This document shows, one piece after another, positions 10,124 to 19,682 of a stretch of DNA of 32,000 nucleotides. Position 1 is the first letter of the stretch, and each line of letters begins with the position of its first letter. The DNA comes from Micrococcus luteus NCTC 2665 (GTDB taxonomy: Bacteria > Actinomycetota > Actinomycetes > Actinomycetales > Micrococcaceae). A program made the position numbers and the translations under genes. The notes under the pieces were generated by a model. That model was not told the DNA's origin and did no database searches. It was given only the letters and a program-made list of their open reading frames with translations. The DNA lies in assembly GCF_000023205.1 (NCBI RefSeq), contig NC_012803.1:90001-122000 (forward strand), written 5' to 3'.

Positions 10124-11071
10124 GTGGGGCGTGTGGCTCAGTACTGTGGTGTGATCGGAGAGGCGCTCGTCGACGTCGTGGTCTCGGACACCGCGACCCC
10201 CCGCGTGCACGTCGGTGGCAGCCCCCTGAACGTGGCCGTGGGCCTGAGCCGACTGGAGCGGCCCGTCCTGTTCGCCGGCCGCCTCGGCCGCGATGCGCAC
10301 GGGGACATGATCGCCTCGCACCTACGGGAGAACGGCGTGCGCTGCCTGCTCGAGCCGGATGCCGCCGCCACCTCCGTGGCCACCGCCCGCCTGGATCCCA
10401 CGGGCGCCGCCAGCTACGAGTTCGAGCTGGACTGGACGCTGCCGCCCGCCGCCGCGCTCGCCCGGGACTTCGACGACGCCGCCGGCGGCCCGCTGCACCA
10501 CATGCATGCCGGCTCCATCGCCACCATGCTCGCCCCCGGCGACGCCGAGGTGATGGCCCTGCTCGAGCGGATCTCCGCGGTCACGACCATCAGCTACGAC
10601 CCCAACGTGCGGCCCACGATCGTGCCGGACCGGGCGTTCGCCCGCGCCCGCGCGGAGGAGTCCGTGCGGCTGGCGGACGTGGTGCACGCCTCGGACGAGG
10701 ACATCGCGTGGCTGTACCCGGACCGCCCGCTGCGCGAGTCGCTGCAGGCGTGGCAGCAGATGGGCCCGGCGTTCGTGGTGATGACCCGCGGCGCCGAGGA
10801 CATCGTGGCCGTCACCGCGCATGGCGTGGTGGAGCGCCCGATCGTGCCCGTGGACGTCGCGGACACCGTGGGCGCCGGCGACTCGTTCACCGCCGCCCTG
10901 CTCGCCGCCCTCGACGACCGCTCCCTGCTCGGCGCCGCGAACCGCGGCCGCCTGCACGCGATGGACCCGGCCGACGTCGAGTCGGTGCTGATCTACGCCT
11001 CCCGCGCGTCGGCGATCACGGCCTCCCGCCCGGGGGCGGACCCGCCCACGCGGGCCGAGCTGGCGGACTGA
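10124..11071 (+). CDS. PfkB-family carbohydrate kinase (fructokinase-like)
   Basis: The N-terminal VIGEALVDVV..GGSPLNVAVGLSRLG-type motif is present. So is the C-terminal PfkB signature VDVADTVGAGDSF. An alternative start is GTG 10151 (VIGEALVD..). Confidence 0.8.
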   Translation: MGRVAQYCGVIGEALVDVVVSDTATPRVHVGGSPLNVAVGLSRLERPVLFAGRLGRDAHGDMIASHLRENGVRCLLEPDAAATSVATARLDPTGAASYEFELDWTLPPAAALARDFDDAAGGPLHHMHAGSIATMLAPGDAEVMALLERISAVTTISYDPNVRPTIVPDRAFARARAEESVRLADVVHASDEDIAWLYPDRPLRESLQAWQQMGPAFVVMTRGAEDIVAVTAHGVVERPIVPVDVADTVGAGDSFTAALLAALDDRSLLGAANRGRLHAMDPADVESVLIYASRASAITASRPGADPPTRAELAD

Positions 11072-11110
11072 CCCCACGCCCTCCCGTCCCCGCACGAATC
11101 TGTTGCGCAG

Positions 11111-11150
11111 CTGACCCTTCCGGCGGGCGGGGACGCCCCAGAAGGGTCAG
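11111..11150. terminator. Hairpin between the convergent PfkB kinase and mdh genes
   Basis: CTGACCCTTC (11111-11120) pairs with GAAGGGTCAG (11141-11150) around a 20-nt GC-rich loop. It sits between two stop codons (11071 and 11174). Confidence 0.4.
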
Positions 11151-11173
11151 TCACGCAGCCGATCCCGGCCGCC

Positions 11174-12259
11174 TCAGAGCAGGCCCAGCCCTCGCACGGC
11201 GTCGCGCTCGGCCTCCAGCTCGGCGACGGTCGCGGCCAGCCGCCCGCCCTCACCCGGCAGCACGGACTCGTCCGGCTCCAGCCCCGGCACGATCCGCCAC
11301 GCGGTGCCGCCGTCGGAGGTCACGGGGAACGAGCTGATCAGCCCCTCCGGCACCCCGTAGGAGCCGTCCGAGACCACCGCGGCCGACGTCCGGCGCGGCG
11401 CACCGTCCGCGTCCACACCGGTGCCGAGGGTCCAGTCGCGCAGGTGATCGATCGCCGCGGACGCCGCCGAGGCCGCCGAGCTCGCCCCGCGCACCTCGAT
11501 GATCTCCGCGCCCCGCCTCGCCACGCGCGGCACGAACTCCTCGCCCGCCCACACCGGGTCCACCACCTCGAGCGCCGGCCGCCACGTCCCGTCCACCCGC
11601 ACGCGGGCGTGGGTGAGGTCCGGGAACTGGGTGGCGGAGTGGTTGCCCCAGATCGTCACGCCGGCCACGTCCGTCACCGCGACGCCGGCCCGGGCCGCCA
11701 GCTGCGCCACGGCCCGGTTGTGGTCCAGCCGGGTCAGCGCCGTGAAGCGCTCGGCCGGCACGTCCGGGGCGTGCGCGGCGGCGATCAGGGCGTTGGTGTT
11801 GGCCGGGTTCCCGACGACGACGACCCGCACGTCCTGCGCCGCGTGGTCGTTGATCGCGCGGCCCTGCGGCCCGAAGATCCCGCCGTTCGCCTCGAGCAGG
11901 TCGCTGCGCTCCATGCCCTTCGTGCGCGGCCGCGCGCCGACGAGCAGGGCGTGCTGGACGCCGTCGAAGGCGCGGGCCGGTTCGTCCGTGACCTCCACGT
12001 CGGCCAGCAGCGGGAAGGCCGCGTCGGCGAGCTCCATGGCGGTGCCCTCCGCGGCGCCCAAGGCGGCCGGGATCTCGAGCAGGCGCAGCCGGACCGAGGT
12101 GTCCGGGCCGAGCATCCCGCCGGCGGCGATGCGGAAGAGCAGCGCGTAGCCGATGTTGCCGGCGGCGCCGGTGACGGTGACCGTGCGGGGCGTCGTCGAC
12201 GCGGGGTCCTGGGCGGTGTCCTGTGCGGTGGTCTGCTGTGCGGTGTCCACGCCCCCCAT
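11174..12259 (-). CDS. mdh: Malate dehydrogenase (LDH2/cytosolic-type) with a Q/T/D-rich N-terminal extension
   Basis: [38 protein letters not shown] and [14 protein letters not shown] are canonical MDH motifs. No start codon exists closer to the Rossmann motif than V4/M1. Confidence 0.9.
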   Translation of the reverse strand: MGGVDTAQQTTAQDTAQDPASTTPRTVTVTGAAGNIGYALLFRIAAGGMLGPDTSVRLRLLEIPAALGAAEGTAMELADAAFPLLADVEVTDEPARAFDGVQHALLVGARPRTKGMERSDLLEANGGIFGPQGRAINDHAAQDVRVVVVGNPANTNALIAAAHAPDVPAERFTALTRLDHNRAVAQLAARAGVAVTDVAGVTIWGNHSATQFPDLTHARVRVDGTWRPALEVVDPVWAGEEFVPRVARRGAEIIEVRGASSAASAASAAIDHLRDWTLGTGVDADGAPRRTSAAVVSDGSYGVPEGLISSFPVTSDGGTAWRIVPGLEPDESVLPGEGGRLAATVAELEAERDAVRGLGLL

Positions 12260-12324
12260 CGTGCCCCCGCTCGCCCGCGGAGGACACCCCGGCCCGCCGC
12301 ACTGCCCCGGCCTAGACTGGGCGC

Positions 12325-13173
12325 ATGCCCGCCCTGCCCCTGCCCTCGCGCCGTCCGCGGATGATCGCGACGGACCTGGACGGCACCATCATCGGGTACC
12401 GGCACACGCGGTCGGGGCGTCTGAGCCCGCGCACCATCGTGGCGCTGCGGGACGCCCGCGACGCCGGCGTCGAGGTGGTGTTCGTGACCGGCCGTCCCCT
12501 CCGCTGGCTCGGCCCGCTGAGCGCGCAGCTCGGTCCCGTCGGACCGGTGATCTGCTCCAACGGCGCCGTCCTCGTGGACACCGCCACGGACGACGTCCTG
12601 ATCGCCCACCCCATGCCCGTCGAGGCCGTGTGGACAGCCACGGACCGGCTGCGCGCCCTGGACCGCACCGTGTCCTTCGGCGCCGAGACCCTCGAGGGCT
12701 TCTTCTGGGAGCACGCGTTCTCCGAGCGCGCCGAGTTCCGGGCCGAGGTCCACGCGGCGGCCACGCTCGAGGCCGCGCTGCCGGGTCGGCTGGGCGTGGT
12801 GAAGCTGCTGGCCCGCTCGGACACCCTGGCCCCGGACGCCTTCCTCGCCGCGGCCCGCGCCGAGCTGGACGAGCTCGTGAGTGCCACGCACTCCGCGCCC
12901 GGCATCGCGCTCGTGGAGATGTCCGCCCCGGGCGTGCACAAGGCCGCGACCCTCGCCGAGTTCGCCGCGAGCCGGGGGGTCGCGCCGGTCGACGTCGTCG
13001 CGTTCGGGGACATGCCCAACGACCTGGAGATGCTCCAGTGGGCTGGTCTCGGCCTGGCCGTGGCCTCGGGGCACCCGTCGCTGCTGGCCGCGGCGGACGG
13101 CGTGGTCGGGGCGTGCGACGACGACGGGGTGGCCGCCACCGTCGAACGCCTGCTGGAGCTGCCCACGGACTGA
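12325..13173 (+). CDS. Cof-type HAD-IIB family hydrolase (sugar-phosphate phosphatase-like)
   Basis: Motif I is [15 protein letters not shown] is present. Motif IV is [18 protein letters not shown] (12313-12318) lies 6 nt before ATG 12325, suggesting a leaderless start. An alternative start is ATG 12361. Confidence 0.8.
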   Translation: MPALPLPSRRPRMIATDLDGTIIGYRHTRSGRLSPRTIVALRDARDAGVEVVFVTGRPLRWLGPLSAQLGPVGPVICSNGAVLVDTATDDVLIAHPMPVEAVWTATDRLRALDRTVSFGAETLEGFFWEHAFSERAEFRAEVHAAATLEAALPGRLGVVKLLARSDTLAPDAFLAAARAELDELVSATHSAPGIALVEMSAPGVHKAATLAEFAASRGVAPVDVVAFGDMPNDLEMLQWAGLGLAVASGHPSLLAAADGVVGACDDDGVAATVERLLELPTD

Positions 13174-13195
13174 GCCGCGGGCCACCCCCGGCGGG

Positions 13196-13744
13196 TCAGA
13201 GGAACTCGTACGGGTCGAACGCCTCGACGTCGATCACGCGCAGGCGCGGCAGGGACGAGTCGAACGCGCCCACCGCGTGCTCCAGGTCGAAGAACTCGAC
13301 CCCGGGGATGCGGCGCAGCTCGTGGGAGAGGAACTCCTCGAAGCCCATGATCCCGGTGCGTCGGCCCGGCGTGGCCGCGAGGTCGGTGAGCTGGGGGGCG
13401 AAGTCGGCGTCGTGGCTGACGAGGACGACGTCGTCCTCCCGGCCCAGCAGCGCCTCCGCGGTGCGCTGGATGCCGATGTCCACGACCTTGCCCTCGCCCC
13501 GCAGCATGATCGGCTGGAAGCCGAGGGCGGTGAGCGCCTGGACGAACGGGATGGGGATCTCACCGTCGATGGCGAGGAAGAACAGGCCCTTGACCGGCTG
13601 GTCCCAGCGGTCCTCGAGGTAGCCGAGCAGGCGCTTCCAGCGTGGCCGCTCGTCGGGCTGGGGGCGCCGCTGCAGGATGGACGTGCCGAGGGTGGCGTCG
13701 ATGTTCTCGCCGTCGATCAGCAGGTAGGTGGTTCGCTCGCTCAC
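13196..13744 (-). CDS. NYN/LabA-like domain protein (predicted RNase fold)
   Basis: YLLIDGENID at the N-terminus and VVLVSHDADF are typical of NYN (LabA-like PIN) domains. The GTG start at 13744 has TAGCCT (complement of 13752-13757) 7 nt upstream. Confidence 0.65.
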   Translation of the reverse strand: MSERTTYLLIDGENIDATLGTSILQRRPQPDERPRWKRLLGYLEDRWDQPVKGLFFLAIDGEIPIPFVQALTALGFQPIMLRGEGKVVDIGIQRTAEALLGREDDVVLVSHDADFAPQLTDLAATPGRRTGIMGFEEFLSHELRRIPGVEFFDLEHAVGAFDSSLPRLRVIDVEAFDPYEFL

Positions 13745-13777
13745 GCTCTCGAGGCTACCCGCTGGGGTGGACGTCGG

Positions 13778-14869
13778 TCAGCGCGCGCGGTCGAACGGGG
13801 CCGTCAGCAGGCGGACGACGCCCTCCAGCGGCCCCGCGCGGAACGGGCCGATACGCACGACGGCCCGCCACAGCAGCGGCAGCAGCAGCGCGCCGGCCAC
13901 CAGCACGGCCAGGTTGAACCACGTGTCGTCCGTGCCCGTGGCGCTGCGCCACGGCCCGGGTCCGAGCCCCCGCACCCAGCCGAGGTACCACAGGTGCGCC
14001 ACGTACACGGACAGCGTCATCGCGCCGGGCACGGCCAGCAGCCCGGCCCACCGCGGCGCCAGGGCCGCGCACCCGCCGAGCACGGTCAGCACGAGGCCCG
14101 TGTCCAGCAGGGCCTCCGCGGGGGTCGCCGTGTAGGGCACGGGGGCGGCGCCGGTCTGCGTCCGGGACAGGGCGAGCACGACGCCGGCCAGCGCGATCCC
14201 CCCGGCCGCCCAGGCGAGCCCCGTGAGCCGTGCGCGCCGGGCCGGGGCCGCCGTCGTCGTGCCGTGGACGGTGGCGACCAGCACCGCCCCCAGCAGCGCC
14301 CACGCGAGGAACAGGGGGAGACGGTACGGGCCGTCCGTGAGGAACGCGGAGACCCACGGGGTCAGCGTCGCGCGGCTCAGCCCGAGCGCCTGCGCGGCGG
14401 GGAGGAGCCGGTCGACGACGTCGGCCGTCGGTGTGGCGGCGAGCAGGAGGCCGCCTCCGCCGGCCAGGACGGCGAGCACGAGGTGCGCGGCGAGGGGGAG
14501 GGCGGCCAGCAGCGCCATGATCACTGTGAGCACAGCCAGGTGCGCCAGCACGTTCACGACGGCCGCCCCGAAGAGCCCGGTCAGCCACGCCGCCCCGCAC
14601 AGGGCGGCCGCCCGCACAAGCGCGCGGGGCACGGCCCGGCCACGGCCCAGCCACTCCGCCTCGAGGCGCGCGCCCACGCCCACGAGCGCCGCGAACAGGG
14701 GCGCGGTGAGGTGCTCGGAGAGGTGGAGCACCCCACCCGGGCCGCCGGCGGGCGCCGTGTGGGCGACCATCATCGCGACCAGGGCCAGGCCGCGCGCGAC
14801 GTCCACCCAGACCAGGCGGCCCCGGGCGGTGTGGGTGGCGGCGGGAGCGTGGGAGGAGGGGGCGGGCAC
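13778..14869 (-). CDS. Polytopic membrane protein, acyltransferase-3 / DUF1624-like
   Basis: RLVWVDVARGLALVAMMVAH is the characteristic N-terminal motif of heparan-alpha-glucosaminide N-acetyltransferase-like and acyltransferase-3 membrane proteins. About 9-10 hydrophobic helices are predicted by eye. The GTG start has a GGAGG SD 5 nt upstream (complement of 14875-14879). Confidence 0.55.
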   Translation of the reverse strand: MPAPSSHAPAATHTARGRLVWVDVARGLALVAMMVAHTAPAGGPGGVLHLSEHLTAPLFAALVGVGARLEAEWLGRGRAVPRALVRAAALCGAAWLTGLFGAAVVNVLAHLAVLTVIMALLAALPLAAHLVLAVLAGGGGLLLAATPTADVVDRLLPAAQALGLSRATLTPWVSAFLTDGPYRLPLFLAWALLGAVLVATVHGTTTAAPARRARLTGLAWAAGGIALAGVVLALSRTQTGAAPVPYTATPAEALLDTGLVLTVLGGCAALAPRWAGLLAVPGAMTLSVYVAHLWYLGWVRGLGPGPWRSATGTDDTWFNLAVLVAGALLLPLLWRAVVRIGPFRAGPLEGVVRLLTAPFDRAR

Positions 14870-14891
14870 GGCGACCTCCGAGGTGGGGGAC

Positions 14892-16394
14892 TCAGTCCAG
14901 GACGCGGGTGAGGTCGGCGTCCTCGTAGCGGACCGGCTTCGAGCCGGTGACGAGCTTGTGGCCGAGCCACAGCGCGAGGAACAGGGGCAGGCCGATGTAC
15001 GCGCTGGCCACGGCCACGAGGTCCACGTCGCCCATGAACGCCTGGTAGTTCTGGCCGAGGATCACGACGGCGCACATGACCAGCGCGACGATCGGGCCCA
15101 GGGGGAACAGGAAGGCGCGGTAGGGCAGGTCCTTCGGATCGTGGCCCTGCGCGACGTAAGCCCGCCGGAACCGGTAGTGGCTCCAGGCGATGCCCATCCA
15201 CACGATGAACCCGGCCAGGCCCGAGGCGGAGACGAGCCACACGTAGGCGGCGCCGTCCCCGATGAACGTGGTCAGGAAGCACGCCGCGCCCACCGCGGTG
15301 GTGGCGTAGAGGGCGTTCATGGGCACGCCGCGCCGGTTCACCTTCGCCAGGAAGCGCGGGGCCTTCCCGGAGTCGGCCAGGGCCCAGAGCATGCGGGTGG
15401 AGGCGTACAGGCCCGAGTTGCCCGCGGAGAGGATGGCCGTGAGGATCACGGCGTTCATCACGGAGGCGGCGGCGAGCACGCCCGCGTTCTCGAAGACGAG
15501 CGTGAACGGGGAGATCGAGATGTCCTCGACGTCGCTGCCCAGCAGGTGGGGGCTGGTGTAGGGGATGAGGAAGCCGACGACGGTGATCGCGCCGACGTAG
15601 AAGAGCAGGATGCGCACGAACACGGTGCGGATCGCCTTGGGCACGTTCTTCTCCGGGTCCTCGGCCTCGCCCGCGGCCACGCCGACCAGCTCGGTGCCCT
15701 GGAAGGAGAAGCCGGCCACCATGAAGATCGCCAGGATGCCGGCGCCGCCGCCCACGAAGGGGGCCTCGCCGTCCGTCCAGTTGTGGAAGCCGGGGGAGGA
15801 GCCGCCGAGGATGCCGACGATCATCAGGACGCCGAGCACCAGGAAGATCACCACCGTGGCGACCTTGATGAGCGAGAACCAGAACTCGCTCTCGCCGTAG
15901 GCGCGCGTGGAGAGGGCGTTGAGGCCGAAGAGCAGCGCGAGGAAGATCGCGGACCAGATCCACGAGGGCACGTCCGGGAGCCAGTACCGCATGATCAGGG
16001 CCGCCGCGACGAGCTCGGCGGCCACCGTGATCGCCCAGTTGTACCAGTAGTTCCAGCCGATGGCGAAGCCGAACGAGGGGCTCACGAAGCGGGTCGAGTA
16101 CTCCTCGAACGCGCCGGAGACCGGCAGGTACGTGGACATCTCACCGAGCGACTGCATCAGCAGGAACACCATGAAGCCGATGGCCACGTAGGCCGCAAGG
16201 GCGCCACCGGGGCCGGCGGTCGCGATGGTGTTGCCCGAGGCCACGAACAGGCCCGTGCCGATGGCGCCGCCCATCGCGATCATCGTCAGGTGCCGGGATT
16301 TGAGGGTGCGCCGCAGGGAGCCGCCCTCGGGGGTGATGTGGGCGGCGGAGGCGGGCGGCGTCGACGGGGACGTCCGGGGTGCGCTGGTGTCCAC
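14892..16394 (-). CDS. APC-superfamily amino-acid permease (LysP/AAT-like)
   Basis: ORF 14892..17171 is trimmed to GTG 16394, which is preceded by GAAAGG. Motifs LKSRHLTMIAMGGAIGTGLFVASG, GPGGALAAY and GWNYWYNWA are present. The 259 codons upstream overlap ltaE and are Pro/Arg/Ser-rich. Confidence 0.85.
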   Translation of the reverse strand: MDTSAPRTSPSTPPASAAHITPEGGSLRRTLKSRHLTMIAMGGAIGTGLFVASGNTIATAGPGGALAAYVAIGFMVFLLMQSLGEMSTYLPVSGAFEEYSTRFVSPSFGFAIGWNYWYNWAITVAAELVAAALIMRYWLPDVPSWIWSAIFLALLFGLNALSTRAYGESEFWFSLIKVATVVIFLVLGVLMIVGILGGSSPGFHNWTDGEAPFVGGGAGILAIFMVAGFSFQGTELVGVAAGEAEDPEKNVPKAIRTVFVRILLFYVGAITVVGFLIPYTSPHLLGSDVEDISISPFTLVFENAGVLAAASVMNAVILTAILSAGNSGLYASTRMLWALADSGKAPRFLAKVNRRGVPMNALYATTAVGAACFLTTFIGDGAAYVWLVSASGLAGFIVWMGIAWSHYRFRRAYVAQGHDPKDLPYRAFLFPLGPIVALVMCAVVILGQNYQAFMGDVDLVAVASAYIGLPLFLALWLGHKLVTGSKPVRYEDADLTRVLD

Positions 16395-16494
16395 GGTGGC
16401 CTTTCGGTGGAGGAGCGGTCGGACGCGCGTCGAACGCCGCGGCGTCCCACCCTGCTGCACGGTGGTAGAAGGGTATCCCGGCCGGGCGCGTCCG

Positions 16495-17568
16495 TCAGAC
16501 GGCGGGGACGAGTTCGGCGCGCAGCGCCGCCGTGAACGCGTCCACGTCCTCCTCGGTCGTGTCGAAGCCGCACACCCAGCGCACCTCGCGGCGCGCCGCG
16601 TCCCAGTCGTAGAACCGGAAGCGGGCGCGCAGCCGGTCGGCCACGCCCTCGGGCAGGACGGCGAACACGGCGTTGGCGTCCGTGGCCTGTGTGAACTCGA
16701 CGCCGGCCAGCGAGCCGTCGGCGACCCCCGCCTCGATGCCGGCGCGCAGCCGGGCGGCCATGGCGTTGGCGTGGCGGGCGGAGCGCAGGTACAGGTCGCC
16801 GTCGAACAGCGCGAGCAGCTGCGCCGAGACGAAGCGCATCTTCGAGGCCAGCTGCATCTGGTTCTTGCGCAGGTACACGAGGCCGTCCGCGGCGTCCGGG
16901 TCGAGCACGACGACGGCCTCGGCCAGCAGCGCCCCGTTCTTGGTGCCGCCGAGGGAGAGCACGTCCACGCCGACGTCGGTGGTGAAGGCGCGCAGCGGCA
17001 GGCCCAGGGAGGCCGCGGCATTGGCGATGCGGGCGCCGTCCAGGTAGACGCGCATCCCGTGCTCGTGGGCGTAGTCCGTGATGGCCTTGACCTCGTCCGG
17101 GGTGTAGACCGTGCCGAGCTCGGTGGACTGGGTGAGGTAGACGACCAGGGGCTGGGCGCGGTGCTCGTCACCCCAGCCCCACGCCTCGGCGGCGATCAGC
17201 TCGGGGGTGAGCTTGCCGTCGTCGGTGGCCACGGGCAGCAGCTTGATGCCGGCGGACTTCTCCGGCGCGCCGCCCTCGTCCACATGGATGTGCGCGGTGT
17301 CCGCGCAGATCACCGCGCCCCAGCGGGGCAGCATGGCCTGGAGCCCGACGACGTTCGCCCCGGTGCCGTTGAACATCGGCCACACGGTGGCGTCCTCGCC
17401 GAAGTGCTGGGCCACGACCTCCTGGAGGCGGGCCGTGTACACGTCCTCGCCGTAGGCGACCTGGTGGCCCCCGTTGGCCTCGGCGATCGCCGCGAGCACC
17501 TCCGGGTGGACGCCGGAGTAGTTGTCCGAGGCGAAGCCCCGCTCCTGCGGATCGTGGATCCTCTGCAT
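16495..17568 (-). CDS. ltaE: Low-specificity L-threonine aldolase (PLP-dependent)
   Basis: GFASDNYSGVHPEVLAAI at the N-terminus and the PLP-lysine motif LSLGGTKNG are typical of threonine aldolases. The length is ~357 aa. Confidence 0.85.
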   Translation of the reverse strand: MQRIHDPQERGFASDNYSGVHPEVLAAIAEANGGHQVAYGEDVYTARLQEVVAQHFGEDATVWPMFNGTGANVVGLQAMLPRWGAVICADTAHIHVDEGGAPEKSAGIKLLPVATDDGKLTPELIAAEAWGWGDEHRAQPLVVYLTQSTELGTVYTPDEVKAITDYAHEHGMRVYLDGARIANAAASLGLPLRAFTTDVGVDVLSLGGTKNGALLAEAVVVLDPDAADGLVYLRKNQMQLASKMRFVSAQLLALFDGDLYLRSARHANAMAARLRAGIEAGVADGSLAGVEFTQATDANAVFAVLPEGVADRLRARFRFYDWDAARREVRWVCGFDTTEEDVDAFTAALRAELVPAV

Positions 17569-17573
17569 GTCAG

Positions 17574-18248
17574 TTACGTTCCCTTCTCCTGGAGCGTGAG
17601 GACGGCGTCGTTCAGCGCGCCCGCCTCAGCCTCCCACAGTCGCGCGTACTCCTCGGCCAGCCGTTCCTCGAGCCCGGCGAGGGACTTCAGACGGAACACG
17701 ACGGCCGCCGAGCGCAGCGGGGTCTCTGCGTCCCGGGCGGCCTTGGCCCAGCCCTGCGCCACCGCGCGGGTCCATGCCTCGCTCGCCGCCTTCACCGCGG
17801 CGTAGTTCGCGCCGCCGGCGAGCGGCCGGGCCACCGCCGTGGACGAGGCGATCGCGAGGCGACCGGCGGACGAGTCCCGCAGGTCGTCGTCGAGGGCCCG
17901 GCTCACGTGCCGCAGCGCCGTGAACGAGGCCTCCAGGGCGCGGTAGTCCGCCTCGGTCTGACCGGCGAGGCCCCCGCCGCCGCGCCAGCCGCCCACCAGG
18001 TGGAGCAGGCCGTCGATCCGGGTGCCGCGGGCGTGCAGGTCCTCCACGAGGCCGCGGACGGCGGACTCCTCCGTGAGGTCCAGGGTCGCGGTCTCGGCGC
18101 CGAGGCCGGCGAGGGGGGCGAGCTTCGCGGCGTCGCGCCCGGTCGCGACGACGTGCGCGCCGGCGTCGAGGAGCGTGCGGGCGGCGGCCCGGCCCGAGTC
18201 GCTCGTGGCGCCCGCGATCAGGACGGCGCGGTCGGTCAGGGCGGCCAC
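17574..18248 (-). CDS. Short-chain dehydrogenase/reductase (SDR)
   Basis: The glycine-rich cofactor motif IAGATSDSG is present. So is the catalytic YAAVKAA (YxxxK). Only 5 nt separate its stop codon from the ltaE start. Confidence 0.8.
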   Translation of the reverse strand: MAALTDRAVLIAGATSDSGRAAARTLLDAGAHVVATGRDAAKLAPLAGLGAETATLDLTEESAVRGLVEDLHARGTRIDGLLHLVGGWRGGGGLAGQTEADYRALEASFTALRHVSRALDDDLRDSSAGRLAIASSTAVARPLAGGANYAAVKAASEAWTRAVAQGWAKAARDAETPLRSAAVVFRLKSLAGLEERLAEEYARLWEAEAGALNDAVLTLQEKGT

Positions 18249-18251
18249 GGG

Positions 18252-19682
18252 TCAGGCGTCCGTGCCGCGGATCCCGGCGGTGGACTCGATGACGCCGCGC
18301 ATCTTCTTCTCGAGGGCCTCGAAGAACATGGACAGCGGGAACTCGTCGTCGAGCACGAGGTCGGTGTAGCCCTTGGGCGGGCCGGCGAGGACCTCACGGG
18401 GCAGGCCCTGCGCCCACACGGAGGCGGGGTGCGGGGTGACCACGGAGGCGACGAGCTCGTAGGCCTTGAGCCAGTGCACGGTCTTGGGGCGGTCGATGGA
18501 CTCCCAGTAGAGCGTGTCGATGGCGTCGCCCAGCTCGACGACGGCGTCGGCGAGCCGGTCCCAGTCCACGCTGAGCTCGACGTCGCGCCACTGGATCACG
18601 TCCTTGCGGTGCAGCCAGGCGAAGAGCAGCTGGCCGCCGAGGCCGTCGTAGTTGCGGACGCGGGAGCCGGTGAGGGCGAAGCGGAAGACGCGGTCGAAGA
18701 GGACGGCGTGCTGCACGAGCCCGGCGTGGCGGCGGGTCTGCTCCTCGAGCCCGGTGAGCTGCTCGCCGGCGGCGGCGCGCGCCGTGAGGCGGCGCTCGAT
18801 CGCCACGCACTCGCGGAAGGCGGTCATGTCGCAGCGCATCTCCTCGAGCGTGTAGAGGAAGAAGGGCATGCGCTGCTTGATCATGAACGGGTCGAAGGGC
18901 AGGTCGCCGCGCATGTGCGTGCGGTCGTGGATGAGGTCCCACATCACGAAGGTGCCCTCGGCGAGCTCCTGGCTGGAGAGCAGTTCGGCGAGCTCGGCCG
19001 GGAGCTCGAGCTGGGTGACCTCGGCGGCGGCGGTGACGACCCGGCGGAAGCGGGCGGCCTCGCGGTCCTGGAAGATGGCGCCCCACGTGAAGGTGGGGAT
19101 CTCGCGCATGGCCACGGTCTCGGGGAAGAGGACGGCCGAGTTCGTGTCGTAGCCGGGGGTGAAATCGATCAGGCGCAGGGAGACGAAGAGGCGGTTGCCG
19201 TAGTCGCCGGCCTCGAGCTCGGCGATGAACTCGGGCCAGATGGTCTCGACGACGAGGGCCTCCACGTGCCGGTCCGGGGAGCCGTTCTGCGTGTACATCG
19301 GGAAGACCACGAGGTGCCGGACGCCGTCGACGCGGTGCTCCTGCGGCTGGAAGGCGACGAGGGAGTCCAGGAAGTCGGGCTCGGCGAAGCCGCCGTCGGC
19401 CCAGCGGGCGAAGTCGCGGGGCAGGGCGGCGAGGTAGGCGGCGTCGTGCGGGAAGAGCGGGGCGAGCTCCTCGACGGCGGCGACGATGGTCTCCACGTGC
19501 TCGCGCGCGGCGGCGTGGTCCGCCGGGTCCGGGATGGAGCCGTCCTTGACCTGCAGAGGCTGCAGGGCGGTGGCGGCGGCCTTGAGGCGGAGCCAGGCCG
19601 GGTGGGTCTCGACGGTGCGCGCGTCGGCCGGGGCCTCCGAGGCAACGCCGTCGGTCCGGGCGGGCTGCAGAGTGGTGGACAT
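18252..19682 (-). CDS. Conserved hypothetical protein, 476 aa, function unknown (HDxxH...EE motif)
   Basis: ORF 18252..19751 is trimmed to ATG 19682, which is preceded by AGGAAGG. Codon usage matches the neighbouring genes, and no TM segment or signal peptide is evident. Its stop lies 3 nt from the SDR start. I cannot place it in a named enzyme family from sequence alone. Confidence 0.7.
   Translation of the reverse strand: MSTTLQPARTDGVASEAPADARTVETHPAWLRLKAAATALQPLQVKDGSIPDPADHAAAREHVETIVAAVEELAPLFPHDAAYLAALPRDFARWADGGFAEPDFLDSLVAFQPQEHRVDGVRHLVVFPMYTQNGSPDRHVEALVVETIWPEFIAELEAGDYGNRLFVSLRLIDFTPGYDTNSAVLFPETVAMREIPTFTWGAIFQDREAARFRRVVTAAAEVTQLELPAELAELLSSQELAEGTFVMWDLIHDRTHMRGDLPFDPFMIKQRMPFFLYTLEEMRCDMTAFRECVAIERRLTARAAAGEQLTGLEEQTRRHAGLVQHAVLFDRVFRFALTGSRVRNYDGLGGQLLFAWLHRKDVIQWRDVELSVDWDRLADAVVELGDAIDTLYWESIDRPKTVHWLKAYELVASVVTPHPASVWAQGLPREVLAGPPKGYTDLVLDDEFPLSMFFEALEKKMRGVIESTAGIRGTDA

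Noticed and set aside
8651-10321. 556-aa alternate-frame ORF overlapping the NCS2 permease and the start of the PfkB gene
   Set aside because: It is Arg/Gly/His/Pro-rich with no motifs. The other frame encodes a canonical nucleobase permease.
16395-16494. Structured GC-rich leader upstream of the amino-acid permease, considered as a glycine or amino-acid riboswitch. It has a 9-bp long-range pairing (16420-16428 with 16486-16494), the palindromes GACGCGCGTC and CGCCGCGGCG, and a CACCGAAAGG segment.
   Set aside because: It is too short. It lacks the conserved GGAGAG / CTCTCAGG-type cores I would expect. The CACCGAAAGG segment is simply the SD region. The structure is more likely an ltaE terminator or a processing hairpin.
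16395-17171. N-terminal 259-codon extension of the amino-acid permease ORF (14892..17171)
   Set aside because: It overlaps the threonine aldolase gene in another frame and is Pro/Ser/Arg/Thr-rich. The permease family N-terminus (LKSRHLTMIAMGGAIGTG) begins just after GTG 16394, which has a GAAAGG SD.
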